Source: an uncultured Methanosarcinales archaeon
GTDB lineage: Archaea; Nanobdellota; Nanobdellia; Woesearchaeales; UBA11576
Length of the DNA: 64,000 nucleotides
Direction of reading: 5' to 3'
Assembly (NCBI GenBank): GCA_964406185.1
Contig: CAYOQS010000004.1
Coordinates: 72,616 to 136,615 of the forward strand
Shown here: one piece after another, positions 28,278 to 37,277 of the stretch
Layout of the letters: every line of letters begins with the position of its first letter
Position numbering within the stretch: position 1 is the first letter of the stretch
The notes under the pieces: generated by a model
What the model was told of the DNA's origin: nothing
The model's database searches: none
Seen by the model: the letters and a program-made list of their open reading frames with translations, nothing else
Program-made: the position numbers and the translations under genes

Positions 28278-28601
28278 CTACTCGACCTCGACCTCTTTTA
28301 GCACGATGTCCTTCCCTTCTGTGATGCGGGGCACTTCGCCGCATTCCGGGCACGTATATACAGAGTGTCCGTGGCTGTGCTCCTGTATCGTTGGCTCACC
28401 TTGGTACCCGCATGAGCAGTCGGCTTTCGCCTTCTTCCGGGTCAGGGTCAGTTTCCAGTCCGGCACAAGGCTCTCTAGGGTCTTTTTTAGCTCTTCAAGG
28501 GGCACGTGCCCCAGGTCCCCCACTTCTACGGTGATACCCTTGACTTTTCCTTGTTTTTTTGCCGCTCCTATGATATCTTGGCTTATAAGGGTATCATGCA
28601 T
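28278..28601 (-). CDS. hypA: Hydrogenase nickel-insertion protein HypA
   Basis: MHD N-terminus (Ni site) and CSCG...CPECG Zn site. 107 aa, directly upstream of hydB. Confidence 0.75.
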   Translation of the reverse strand: MHDTLISQDIIGAAKKQGKVKGITVEVGDLGHVPLEELKKTLESLVPDWKLTLTRKKAKADCSCGYQGEPTIQEHSHGHSVYTCPECGEVPRITEGKDIVLKEVEVE

Positions 28602-28623
28602 CAGAAGACCAAAAATCCTTTTC

Positions 28624-28635
28624 TATTTAAATATT
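28624..28635 (-). promoter_or_regulatory. TATA box for the hypA-hydBGDA transcription unit
   Basis: Minus-strand ATATTTAAATAG is centred about 29 nt upstream of the hypA ATG (28601). Confidence 0.4.
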
Positions 28636-28693
28636 ACCGCAAAATCAGCTCATTCTGTAACCATCAAAAAGTTATGAAAACGCGACCAGAAAT

Positions 28694-28744
28694 GCGCATC
28701 AATCATTGCACCGATCATTGCGCCGATCATTGCATCAATCATCG
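28694..28744. repeat. 12-bp tandem repeat ATCATTGCNCCG, about 4 copies
   Basis: atcattgcaccg atcattgcgccg atcattgcatca atcatcg. It straddles the HMG-CoA reductase stop codon (28735-28737). Confidence 0.85.
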
Positions 28745-30030
28745 AAAGGTCGCTTATTATGCAGCGCGAGATGTCCTCTGTTTATACCATCCGTCACAAG
28801 AGTGTGTAGTGCGGCAAAGTTGTTCGCAAGACCTGTAGCCGCCACTATCTCCTGCAGCTCTTTGGCTGAAGGCCCGCCCAGTATGTCCAAGCCTATCCTG
28901 GCAAAAGGAAGGCCTGTAGCTCCACGTATCGTTCCCAGAGCCAGGGGTATCTCCATGTTACCTTCTAGATGATCTCCTGAACATTTCCATTCAGAAAGTG
29001 CTTGATACCTGCCGTTCCTTGAAGCGAAGGCATGTGCTCCTGCCTCAAGTGCTCGCCAGTCATTGCCTGTCGCGAGCGCGACTGCATCGATCCCGTTCAT
29101 TATCCCTTTGTTGTGCGTAGTAGCGCGTTCAACATCATCTATTCCTAGCTGACCCAGGTCAAGGAACACATCAAGGACCTGCTCTGCATCAGGACAATTA
29201 TGCTGAGGTCTTGCGAGCTCACGTATAGGGATCAGTATCTTGGACTTGACTATAGCCCTGTCAGCATAATTTGTGAGTATGCCTGTCACTACCTTTCCGG
29301 CTGTGATCTGCTCGACTTCATCCTTGACCGCCTCGCACATCTGGTTGACGACGTTCGCACCCTGTACGTCTCTGGTGTGGACGACCAGGTCGAGTATGAT
29401 CCTTCCATCTTCGCGTAGCTTTATCTTATGGTCATACATATACGTATGTTTGTGGTCTTCATTTGCGAGCGCGTACAATGAGGTGATATGCTCTGCCAGC
29501 GCAGAACTTGCCTTATCAGGATAGTCGATATCCTTGATGTATATCTGTCCTTTGAGTGAATTGCCGAGCGAGGTAGACTCCATCCCCCTATACCTGCCTT
29601 CAAGGAATCCTCTGCTCGCCGCCGCGACGATAGAAGGCTCTTCTGCCCGCATAGGTATGAGGTATTCTCTGCCGTTTATCTTTGCGTTTGTTGCTATACC
29701 CATCGGAGGGTCGCATCCTGCTATGCAGTTCTCGATGTATTTGTCTGCAGTCTCGCTCGGAAAATAGTTCATAGGGCTCTTCTTCAGTTTATCTGCCTGT
29801 TCTGAAGTAAGACCTGTCTCTTCTGCAACGCGGTAGATCATATAGTCGGTGAAGCTGTATCGAAGCAGTTCTGCATCCGAACCAGATAGGCCTGTCAGCG
29901 TCGCGACTGTCTCTATCCTCTCATCTATGCTCAGCTTGTGGAACCCGGGCAACCTGGACGTCCTGACTCCTTGCGGAACTTCATGACTTTCGTACGCTCT
30001 CATCACCTGGCGCAGAAGTAGATAGGTCAC
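28735..30030 (-). CDS. hmgA: HMG-CoA reductase (class II-like)
   Basis: ENCIAGCDPPMGIATNAKINGREYLIPMRAEEPSIVAAAS, DAVALATGNDWRA and GTIRGATG. The EEPS(I/V)VAA pattern is the class II form as I recall it. Confidence 0.88.
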   Translation of the reverse strand: MTYLLLRQVMRAYESHEVPQGVRTSRLPGFHKLSIDERIETVATLTGLSGSDAELLRYSFTDYMIYRVAEETGLTSEQADKLKKSPMNYFPSETADKYIENCIAGCDPPMGIATNAKINGREYLIPMRAEEPSIVAAASRGFLEGRYRGMESTSLGNSLKGQIYIKDIDYPDKASSALAEHITSLYALANEDHKHTYMYDHKIKLREDGRIILDLVVHTRDVQGANVVNQMCEAVKDEVEQITAGKVVTGILTNYADRAIVKSKILIPIRELARPQHNCPDAEQVLDVFLDLGQLGIDDVERATTHNKGIMNGIDAVALATGNDWRALEAGAHAFASRNGRYQALSEWKCSGDHLEGNMEIPLALGTIRGATGLPFARIGLDILGGPSAKELQEIVAATGLANNFAALHTLVTDGINRGHLALHNKRPFDD

Positions 30031-30096
30031 TTAAATAAGTTGCTGATCGGTCAGGATAGTTAGGGCAGATATGATAATTTAAAAAAGAAGGAGATT

Positions 30097-32508
30097 CTAC
30101 TTTATCCCTAACTGTTTCTCTTTCTCTGCGATAGCCAGGGTCGTCTTCACGACTGTATCAGGGTTCAGGCTCATGCTGTGGATTCCCGCTTCAACAAGGA
30201 ACTCAGCGAAGTCCTCGTAATCAGAAGGTGCCTGCCCGCATATGCCAATATATTTCCCCTTTGAGTTCGCGACGTCGATGACCTGCTTTATGAGCTTCTT
30301 CACCGCTTCGTTCCTCTCGTCGTATATCTCTGCTACCAGTTCGCTGTCCCTGTCGAGACCGAGTGTGAGCTGTGTCAGGTCGTTAGAACCGATGGAAAAC
30401 CCGTCAAAGATGTCCAGGAACTCCTCTGCCAACAGTACATTGGATGGTATCTCGCACATGCCGATGACTTTCAGGCCGTTCTCGCCCTGCTTCAGTCCGC
30501 TCTTGTCCATCTCTGCTATGACCTTCTTCGCCTCGTCTATCGTCCTGCAGAATGGTATCATTACCTGTAGGTTTGTGAGCCCCATCTCGTTCCTGACTTT
30601 CAGCACGGCCCTGCACTCGAGCGCAAAGGCTTCCCTGAACTTCTCTGCGTAGTATCTTGACGCTCCTCTCCAGCCTATCATCGGGTTGTCCTCTTCGGGC
30701 TCGAATTGCCTGCCTCCTACGAGGTTGGCGTACTCGTTGCTCTTGAAGTCGCTGAACCTGAGGATCACGTCTTTCGGGTAGAATGCCGCGGCTATCCTTG
30801 CGATGCCCTGTGCGAGTTTGTCTACGTAGAACTCGACCTTGTCGTCATAGCTTGCGGTCAGCTGTTCTATCTCCTTCTTTGTCTTCTCGTCCTTGAGCTT
30901 GTCGAAGTGCATCAGGGCGAGCGGGTGTATCTTTATGAATGAGTTTATTATGAATTCCTCTCTCGCGAGCCCCACCCCCTTGTTCGGGAGGAAGCTGAAG
31001 TTGAATGCCTCTTCAGGGTTACCCACGTTCATCATTATCTTTGTCTTGGTATCTGGCATGTCCTTCAGGTCGGTCTTCTGTACCTCGAACTCCTGCTCCC
31101 CGTCATAGATATACCCTTCGTCTCCCTGTGAGCAGTCCACGGTGATCTTCTGTCCTGATTTGATCACGCTGGTGGCTTTCTGCGTGCCTACGACGCAGGG
31201 TATGCCGAGCTCCCGGGATATGATTGCTGCGTGGCAGGTCCTCCCTCCCCTGTTAGTCACGATCGCTGAGGCTATCTTCATGATCGGTTCCCAGTCAGGG
31301 TCGGTCATGTCTGTGACGAGTACCTGTCCTTTCTTGAACTCGTGTATGTTCTGCACGTCCTTTATGACATTGGCTTCGCCGGCTCCTATCTTCTCTCCGA
31401 CGCTCCGTCCTGTCACCAGTACTTCTCCTTTGCTCTTGAGGTGGTAGTCTTCTATGGTGTTGATGTCCCTCTGGCTCATGACCGTCTCAGGTCTTGCCTG
31501 GACTATGAACAGCTCTCCGCTATTTCCATCTTTTGCCCATTCCATGTCCATTGGCTTGAAGTGGCCTGCCTTTTCTGAGTAGTGGTCTTCTATTATGCAT
31601 GCCCAGTTCGCGAGTGTCAGCGCTTCATCGTCTGTTATTGAGAACTTGTTCCTGTCGTCCTGGCTCACCTGGACGTTTTTCGTGGGTTTTATGCCGCTGT
31701 CTGTGTAGATCATCTTGACGGCTTTGTCGCCGACTTCCTTGAATATTATTGATCTGAAGCCTTTCTTGAGAGTGGGTTTGTGGACGTAGTACTCATCAGG
31801 ATTCACAGCTCCCTGGACCACGTTCTCTCCGAGTCCGTAGGCGGATGTTATGAAGACGACGTCCTTGAACCCTGATTCTGTGTCTATTGAGAACATGACT
31901 CCTGCTGATGCCCTGTCGCTCCTGACCATCTTCTGCACTCCTATGGAGAGCGCTACGTCGAAGTGGTCGAAGCCTTTGTCCACACGGTAGCTGATAGCCC
32001 TGTTGGTGAAGAGTGATGCGAAGCATTTCCTGCATGCGTCCATGAGCATCTCGGGGCCTCTGATGTTGAGGAATGTCTCCTGCTGTCCTGCGAAGCTCGC
32101 GTCCGGGAGGTCTTCTGCTGTGGCGCTGCTCCTGACCGCCACATCGACGTTCTCTCCGTAGTGTTTGCAGAGGTTTTCGTACGCTTCTCTTATCTTGTCC
32201 CTGAGGTCTTGGGGAAATTCTGCGTTTAGGAAGAGGAGCCTTACTCTCTCGCCGCGTTCTGCGAGGTTTTTCATGTCGTGCGTGTCCAGGTCGCTCAGCG
32301 CATCCCTTATCTTTTCTTTTATCTCTGTCTTCTCAACGAGATAGTTGTATGCGTGCGCAGTGACTGCGAAGCCGTTGGGGATCTTTACACCTTTTGCTGT
32401 GAGGTTCTTGTACATCTCTCCCAGGCTTGCGTTCTTGCCTCCGACCTGCGGCACGTCTTCTATGCCCAGCTGGTCGAACCATAGAATCAATTCTTTAGAC
32501 TTGTCCAT
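30097..32508 (-). CDS. ppsA: Phosphoenolpyruvate synthase (pyruvate, water dikinase)
   Basis: VGGKNASLGEM, the phospho-His loop TNRGGRTCHAAIISRELGIPCVVG, and the C-terminal PEP-utilising domain GSNDLTQ. 803 aa. Confidence 0.93.
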   Translation of the reverse strand: MDKSKELILWFDQLGIEDVPQVGGKNASLGEMYKNLTAKGVKIPNGFAVTAHAYNYLVEKTEIKEKIRDALSDLDTHDMKNLAERGERVRLLFLNAEFPQDLRDKIREAYENLCKHYGENVDVAVRSSATAEDLPDASFAGQQETFLNIRGPEMLMDACRKCFASLFTNRAISYRVDKGFDHFDVALSIGVQKMVRSDRASAGVMFSIDTESGFKDVVFITSAYGLGENVVQGAVNPDEYYVHKPTLKKGFRSIIFKEVGDKAVKMIYTDSGIKPTKNVQVSQDDRNKFSITDDEALTLANWACIIEDHYSEKAGHFKPMDMEWAKDGNSGELFIVQARPETVMSQRDINTIEDYHLKSKGEVLVTGRSVGEKIGAGEANVIKDVQNIHEFKKGQVLVTDMTDPDWEPIMKIASAIVTNRGGRTCHAAIISRELGIPCVVGTQKATSVIKSGQKITVDCSQGDEGYIYDGEQEFEVQKTDLKDMPDTKTKIMMNVGNPEEAFNFSFLPNKGVGLAREEFIINSFIKIHPLALMHFDKLKDEKTKKEIEQLTASYDDKVEFYVDKLAQGIARIAAAFYPKDVILRFSDFKSNEYANLVGGRQFEPEEDNPMIGWRGASRYYAEKFREAFALECRAVLKVRNEMGLTNLQVMIPFCRTIDEAKKVIAEMDKSGLKQGENGLKVIGMCEIPSNVLLAEEFLDIFDGFSIGSNDLTQLTLGLDRDSELVAEIYDERNEAVKKLIKQVIDVANSKGKYIGICGQAPSDYEDFAEFLVEAGIHSMSLNPDTVVKTTLAIAEKEKQLGIK

Positions 32509-32689
32509 ACTTCTTCACCTTTTTTTCCCCGAATGATAATGATACTATATGATGACCCAACTCATCGTCATTTATAAATGTTGCCTTAACAACACTGTTG
32601 GAAGTCGCGTTGCAGCCCTGCCTTGCAGGAGATTTCCAACAGCGGCAGAGCCAAAAACTATTTATACTATCTCAGATTCAGTCCTGCGC

Positions 32690-33589
32690 ATGAAAAGAGG
32701 GTATATGTTCGTATTGCTGACCGCGCTGGTGAGCGGAATATCTATTTTTCTGAACAAGTTCGGTGTTGAAGGCATCAACCCGTACGTATTCACTTTCTCC
32801 AAGAACCTGCTTGTCGCAATACTGCTTATCGTGACAATACTTGCTTTCAGGGAATTCAAGACTCTAAAGCAGCTGAGCTCAAAGCAGTGGGGCAAGCTCG
32901 CCACCATAGGTCTGTTAGGAGGATCTGTCCCTTTCCTGTTGTTCTTCAAGGGACTGAGCATGGCTCCGAGCGCGACTGCAGGTCTTCTGCACAAATCAAT
33001 GTTCGTGTTCGTGGCGGTTGCAGCTGTATTCTTCCTGAAAGAAAAGATGAACAGGGTCTTCCTGGTTGCTGCAGCGCTTCTGTTTGCAGGCAATCTTTTC
33101 ATACTTGGCACTACTAATTTTGCATTCGGAATTCCTGAGCTCCTCATCATGCTTGCAGTCCTGTTCTGGTCTGCTGAGACGATAGTTTCCAAGCACGCAT
33201 TGGCAGAGCTCCCGTCCCGCATCGTCGCGTTCGGCAGGATGTTCTTCGGCGTCCTGTTCATAATGGTGTTTCTTACAGCAACCGGCAGCATCACGACCAT
33301 GGCAGCCCTGACCTTTCCGCAGGTCGGATGGATAGTGTTCACAGCAGTGCTCCTGCTTGGCTATGTCACCACCTGGTATGCAGGTCTAAAACTTGTTCCT
33401 GCGTCCCGTGCGGTATGTGTCCTGCTCCTAGGCAGCGCTATAACAACGCTCTTGTCATTCATCTATGCGGGTTCTGTCACGATCGCGGGCCTTGCTGGTG
33501 TAGCTCTTATCCTGTCTGGCGTACTGCTGACAATAGGATACTCATATCTCGCGTCTAAGTTCAGGTTCCTTTTGCCTGCTAAGAATTAG
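32690..33589 (+). CDS. EamA/DMT-superfamily transporter
   Basis: About ten hydrophobic helices in two EamA-like halves. The start was moved to the ATG at 32690, which lies about 27 nt downstream of the TATA-like CTATTTATACT (32658-32668). Confidence 0.8.
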   Translation: MKRGYMFVLLTALVSGISIFLNKFGVEGINPYVFTFSKNLLVAILLIVTILAFREFKTLKQLSSKQWGKLATIGLLGGSVPFLLFFKGLSMAPSATAGLLHKSMFVFVAVAAVFFLKEKMNRVFLVAAALLFAGNLFILGTTNFAFGIPELLIMLAVLFWSAETIVSKHALAELPSRIVAFGRMFFGVLFIMVFLTATGSITTMAALTFPQVGWIVFTAVLLLGYVTTWYAGLKLVPASRAVCVLLLGSAITTLLSFIYAGSVTIAGLAGVALILSGVLLTIGYSYLASKFRFLLPAKN

Positions 33590-33606
33590 GTTGTCACTTA
33601 AGATCA

Positions 33607-34059
33607 TCACTTATCTTCTACTTTCTCCACAGCATAACCGTAATGTATCATCGCTGTGTCGCCGACAGCAGCATCCTTGTAGAGCGCTGACACCACTCTG
33701 ACGTCTCCATCTCCAAGCTCTGCTATGAAGTATCCTTTCTTCTGCCTGACTAGTTTGCCTGGCTTGACAACACACAGTCTCTTTATTGTCGGAGGAAGAT
33801 CAGCACTGAGATGCTCTTCATGCCTGTTCCAGAAATACTCACGTATAGTATCAACATTCCAGACATCTTCTGACACTTTCCTGATACCTTCAAACGCATG
33901 GTCGAATATCCTTTCAAGATACTTGCGGTCGACAGGTGTATCAGTCTCTACTGCTTTCTGCAAGTTCTCAAATTCTTCTTCTGTGATAGTCTTGCGCAAG
34001 TCCACTAACACTCTTGCGCAGGGAAATGAGTATCTTAAGAAATAGACTTCAGGCAACAT
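33607..34059 (-). CDS. Unknown N-terminal domain fused to a HypC/HupF-like OB-fold domain
   Basis: The C-terminal 55 aa, LCVVKPGKLVRQKKGYFIAELGDGDVRVVSALYKDAAVGDTAMIHYGYAVEKV, aligns to the HypC pattern C-x-x-x-PGK-V...VGD-x-x-x-H-x-G-x-A, but the Cys is internal. The start at ATG 34059 overlaps the hypC 3' end by 11 nt. Confidence 0.6.
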   Translation of the reverse strand: MLPEVYFLRYSFPCARVLVDLRKTITEEEFENLQKAVETDTPVDRKYLERIFDHAFEGIRKVSEDVWNVDTIREYFWNRHEEHLSADLPPTIKRLCVVKPGKLVRQKKGYFIAELGDGDVRVVSALYKDAAVGDTAMIHYGYAVEKVEDK

Positions 34060-34267
34060 TTTGTACAGCCTCTTCCCACGCTTCAAGGCTCTTCTTTGCC
34101 TCTTCCTCTGGTATCTTCGCGACGATGATCTTTGCAGACATGAAGACATAGTCTCCTACTTTGTAGTCTCCCTCGATTATACCTGCCTCTCGGGTATCAC
34201 AGGGATACTCAATAGTAGCTTTGTCACCTTCTATCTTCACTATCTTCCCGGGCATCGCAAGACACAT
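34049..34267 (-). CDS. hypC: Hydrogenase assembly chaperone HypC
   Basis: Canonical MCLAMPGKIV N-terminus and VGDYVFM. 72 aa. Confidence 0.85.
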   Translation of the reverse strand: MCLAMPGKIVKIEGDKATIEYPCDTREAGIIEGDYKVGDYVFMSAKIIVAKIPEEEAKKSLEAWEEAVQNVA

Positions 34268-34482
34268 ATTATCACCAACGAAGGCAGCACCACCGCTCTT
34301 TGCGTGTCCTCAAATCAAGACAGCTGGGTGGGCTGCACTTAATATTCAAACATCACATATTGCGCAAGCGCAGCAAGCATGGTCAGACCAAGATTCAGTT
34401 AGCAGCCTACTTGACCACTAGCAGCGTGGTGCTGCCGGGTCTGCCCGAAAAGGATATAAACTCTGCTCTCTATAAAAATCTT

Positions 34483-34863
34483 ATGCTATACATCCTTGCT
34501 TTCGGGAATCCGTATTTAAACGAGGATAACCTCGCTCTGCATATAGCTGATTCTATCATAGAGGACAGGATAAAAGGTGTCGAGGTGGTCAAGTGCATCT
34601 CTCCCGAGGAGGTACTGGACTACACCGACAGGGATTTCGTCATCATCGACGTGGTGAAGGATCTTGAAGAGGTGACTGTCATAGACAGCATCGACCGTCT
34701 CAAGGCAGAGGGGATGGTTTCCCTTCATGACTTCGACCTCGGCTTCTTCCTGAAGCTGATGAAGGAGACAGGTCAGATAGATAAGGTGAAGATTATAGGT
34801 ATCCCGATGAAAGGTGACATCAAAGGGATCAAGAAGAAAGTTCTAGAACTTCTGCGGGTGTAG
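34483..34863 (+). CDS. Hydrogenase maturation endopeptidase (HycI/HybD family)
   Basis: ILAFGNPYLNEDNLALHIAD (GNxxxxDD metal site) and SLHDFDLG (His ligand). The start was moved to the ATG at 34483, about 26 nt downstream of GATATAAA (34453-34460). Confidence 0.75.
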   Translation: MLYILAFGNPYLNEDNLALHIADSIIEDRIKGVEVVKCISPEEVLDYTDRDFVIIDVVKDLEEVTVIDSIDRLKAEGMVSLHDFDLGFFLKLMKETGQIDKVKIIGIPMKGDIKGIKKKVLELLRV

Positions 34864-34905
34864 CCGGCACTACTAAGCTGGCGTGGTGCAGGCTAGAACT
34901 AAGAA

Positions 34906-36186
34906 CTAGTCTGCTTCCATTTCAAGCTCCAGGAAGTGCGTAGAGCATGAGATGCAGGGATCGTACGCCCTTATGAGCTTCTCTATCTCTAGCTTTATGT
35001 CGTCAGGGCTCTTGTGCAGCTGTGAGGGGATGAACGCTTTTATGGCCTCTTCTATTCCCTGCAGGTTCTGGGTTGTGGGTGTCGTTATGTCTGCGTATGT
35101 GCAGTATCCTTTGTCGTCGAACCTGTAGTGGTGGAAGAGTATGCCTCTGGGAGCTTCGCATGCTGCTATTCCTTCACACACGCATGGGCTTACGGTGAAT
35201 TCGGCCGGGTTTTCAGGTCCTATGTCCAGATTGGACAGGATGATGATGCACCTGTTTATGCCTTCGAGTATCTCGAGTGCCTGGGCAGGTATGTTCATGA
35301 ACGGGTTGTCCTTGTTCTCGCATATCTTCCTTGCATACTGTTTTGACTCGTTTGTGAGCATCTCGAAGTTGTTGCACACTCTTGCCAGTGCGCCGACGAA
35401 GTAGCTCTTGCCTTCCTGCGTGGCGAACTCCGCTGTGCTGCCTTCCCTGAAGTGCTGCTTGAAATGTTCCTTGTAGTCTTTTGTCGGGAAGCAGGTGCCT
35501 CCTTCGCATTTGACTATCGTGTCTGAGTAGAAGTATGTTCCGCCGGTCAGGGCGAAGTGGGGTGTGGTCCTCTTGAATTCGGGGTATTTCAGGTCGAGAA
35601 AGAGTTTGACAGTCTCTACCGCGTCCTGCTTGCACTTCTTGAGCTCGTCGAGAAGTGAGTCTATCTTCTCTTTCTCGGGCGCTCTTGAGAAGCCCCCTAT
35701 GACGCAGGATATGGGGTGCACGTCCCTGCCGGATATGTTGAACACGATGTGGTTGCCGAGTCTCTTGAGCCGAAGCGCCCTGTCTATAAGTGTCTTGTTC
35801 TTCTTTGCGACGCCTATAGCGCTGTCCAGGCCTAGGTAGTCAGGCAGTGTGAGGAAGTAGAGGTGCAGTGCGTGGCTCTGGATTATGCCCCCTATGTTGA
35901 GCACTTCCCTGAGCTGTTTTGTCTGCTCTGTAAGCTTGACATCGAAGGCTTTCTCGACTGCCTTTATCGCTGTTATGGTGTGGACAACTGAACAGACCCC
36001 GCAGATCCTTGATGCTATGTGGCTCAGGTCGTTGAACTTCCTTTCCTTGAGTATGCCTTCAAAGTATCTTGCGCCTTCGAGCACCTTGAGCTCTGCTTTC
36101 TCGACCTTGCCACCGGATATCCTGAGGTGGAGCTTTGCGTGGCCCTCTATCTTGGCGATGTGTTCCATCTCAAGCTTCTTTGTCAT
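34906..36186 (-). CDS. [NiFe] hydrogenase large subunit, second paralogue
   Basis: RICGVCSVVH and DPCISCSTH followed by FLELEMEAD. Colinear with the protein at 23502-24788. Confidence 0.9.
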   Translation of the reverse strand: MTKKLEMEHIAKIEGHAKLHLRISGGKVEKAELKVLEGARYFEGILKERKFNDLSHIASRICGVCSVVHTITAIKAVEKAFDVKLTEQTKQLREVLNIGGIIQSHALHLYFLTLPDYLGLDSAIGVAKKNKTLIDRALRLKRLGNHIVFNISGRDVHPISCVIGGFSRAPEKEKIDSLLDELKKCKQDAVETVKLFLDLKYPEFKRTTPHFALTGGTYFYSDTIVKCEGGTCFPTKDYKEHFKQHFREGSTAEFATQEGKSYFVGALARVCNNFEMLTNESKQYARKICENKDNPFMNIPAQALEILEGINRCIIILSNLDIGPENPAEFTVSPCVCEGIAACEAPRGILFHHYRFDDKGYCTYADITTPTTQNLQGIEEAIKAFIPSQLHKSPDDIKLEIEKLIRAYDPCISCSTHFLELEMEAD

Positions 36187-36991
36187 GTTCGATCACTTTT
36201 CCTTCTATCGCGTCTGATTTTTGTCTTTCGTGTATCTTCTGCTCTCCGAACTTTCCCAGCTTGCTGATCACGTCTTTTTCATCTACGCCCCAGCTCCTGA
36301 ACAGCTTTGCTTCCGCTGCGAAGTTGGCGGTGTCCAACGGCCCCCTGCACATTATGCATGGTATGCCCTGCCTTATGCATATCGCGTTGCAGCCTCCGTG
36401 TGTCAATGCTCCGAGGCAGACGGTCTTCTCAGCCAGGTAGCAGTCCTTCCCCCTCCTTGGGCACTGGTTGCATACTGGCCCTTTGAACTCCTCTGTCTTT
36501 TTTCCGTCGAGGTAGTCGTTGATGAACTGCATGAACTCTGTCTTGAGTATCGGGCAGCCGTACATGTAGTAGTCGACCTTGATGAAGCTGTCGATGGGCT
36601 GCGCCTCTATGGAGTCTTCAAGCATCTGCTGGTTGTATACGTACTTGCCGAGCTTGTCGTTCTCTATGAAGTTTCGCATCGCAGGTATGCCTCCGTGGCA
36701 GGCGCACGCGCCTATCGCGACAAGCATCTTGCTCTTCTTGCGTATCTTCCTGAGGATCTCTTCCTCTTTCTTTGTGGTTATGGCTCCTTCGACGAATGCT
36801 ATGTCGAACTCAGCGTCCTTGTTCTTCTGCTTGATCAGGTGGAAGTATTGTATGTCTAGCTTTTCCATGAGCTGCGGCAGCTCATCAAGGAACAGCACCG
36901 TGAATTCGCAGCCTTCACAGCAGGTGAAAGAGAAGAATCCTGTTACAGGCCTCGCAGGCTTTTTTTGGGGGTTTGATGTTTTGTCTGTCAT
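36170..36991 (-). CDS. [NiFe] hydrogenase small subunit, second paralogue (no Lys-rich extensions)
   Basis: CCEGCEF, AIGACACHGGIP, GCP and GGCNAICIRQGIPCIMCRG. 273 aa. Its 3' end overlaps the large-subunit start by 17 nt. Confidence 0.85.
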   Translation of the reverse strand: MTDKTSNPQKKPARPVTGFFSFTCCEGCEFTVLFLDELPQLMEKLDIQYFHLIKQKNKDAEFDIAFVEGAITTKKEEEILRKIRKKSKMLVAIGACACHGGIPAMRNFIENDKLGKYVYNQQMLEDSIEAQPIDSFIKVDYYMYGCPILKTEFMQFINDYLDGKKTEEFKGPVCNQCPRRGKDCYLAEKTVCLGALTHGGCNAICIRQGIPCIMCRGPLDTANFAAEAKLFRSWGVDEKDVISKLGKFGEQKIHERQKSDAIEGKVIEHDKEA

Positions 36992-37277
36992 CGGAAATCT
37001 TTGGACATCTTTTTTTCAAAGTTTTTTTTAAATCATTCCGTTTTGTTGTTTATAACATTTTTCTTTTTTGCACCTTTTCTTTTTTCAGGGAAACATGAAA
37101 AAATAAGCTTCAGGCAGGGTCTTCTTTTTGGTTACCAATTTCCAAAAAAATGTTAGAACTACTAAAAGGTGAAAACGAACTTTTATTAAGGGCAAACTAC
37201 GCAAGTGTTGCCAGTATTAGAAATACGTCCAGTGACAAGAAAAGAGGCTTGCTGATTTAGTCAGTAATGAAAACAGA

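Noticed and set aside
32549-32689. N-terminal extensions given by the ORF track for several genes: 32549 (EamA), 34300 (protease), 33607..34149 (HypC-like), 47947 (glk), 50584 and 50901 (small ORFs), 43836 (galT), 44842 (PGM) and 10356.
   Set aside because: The extensions overlap upstream genes or TATA-containing spacers and have non-protein-like composition. Internal ATGs give N-termini that match the family (for example MAVDTGVFKAYDIRG and MKRGYMFVLL) and show ATGA coupling or proper TATA spacing.
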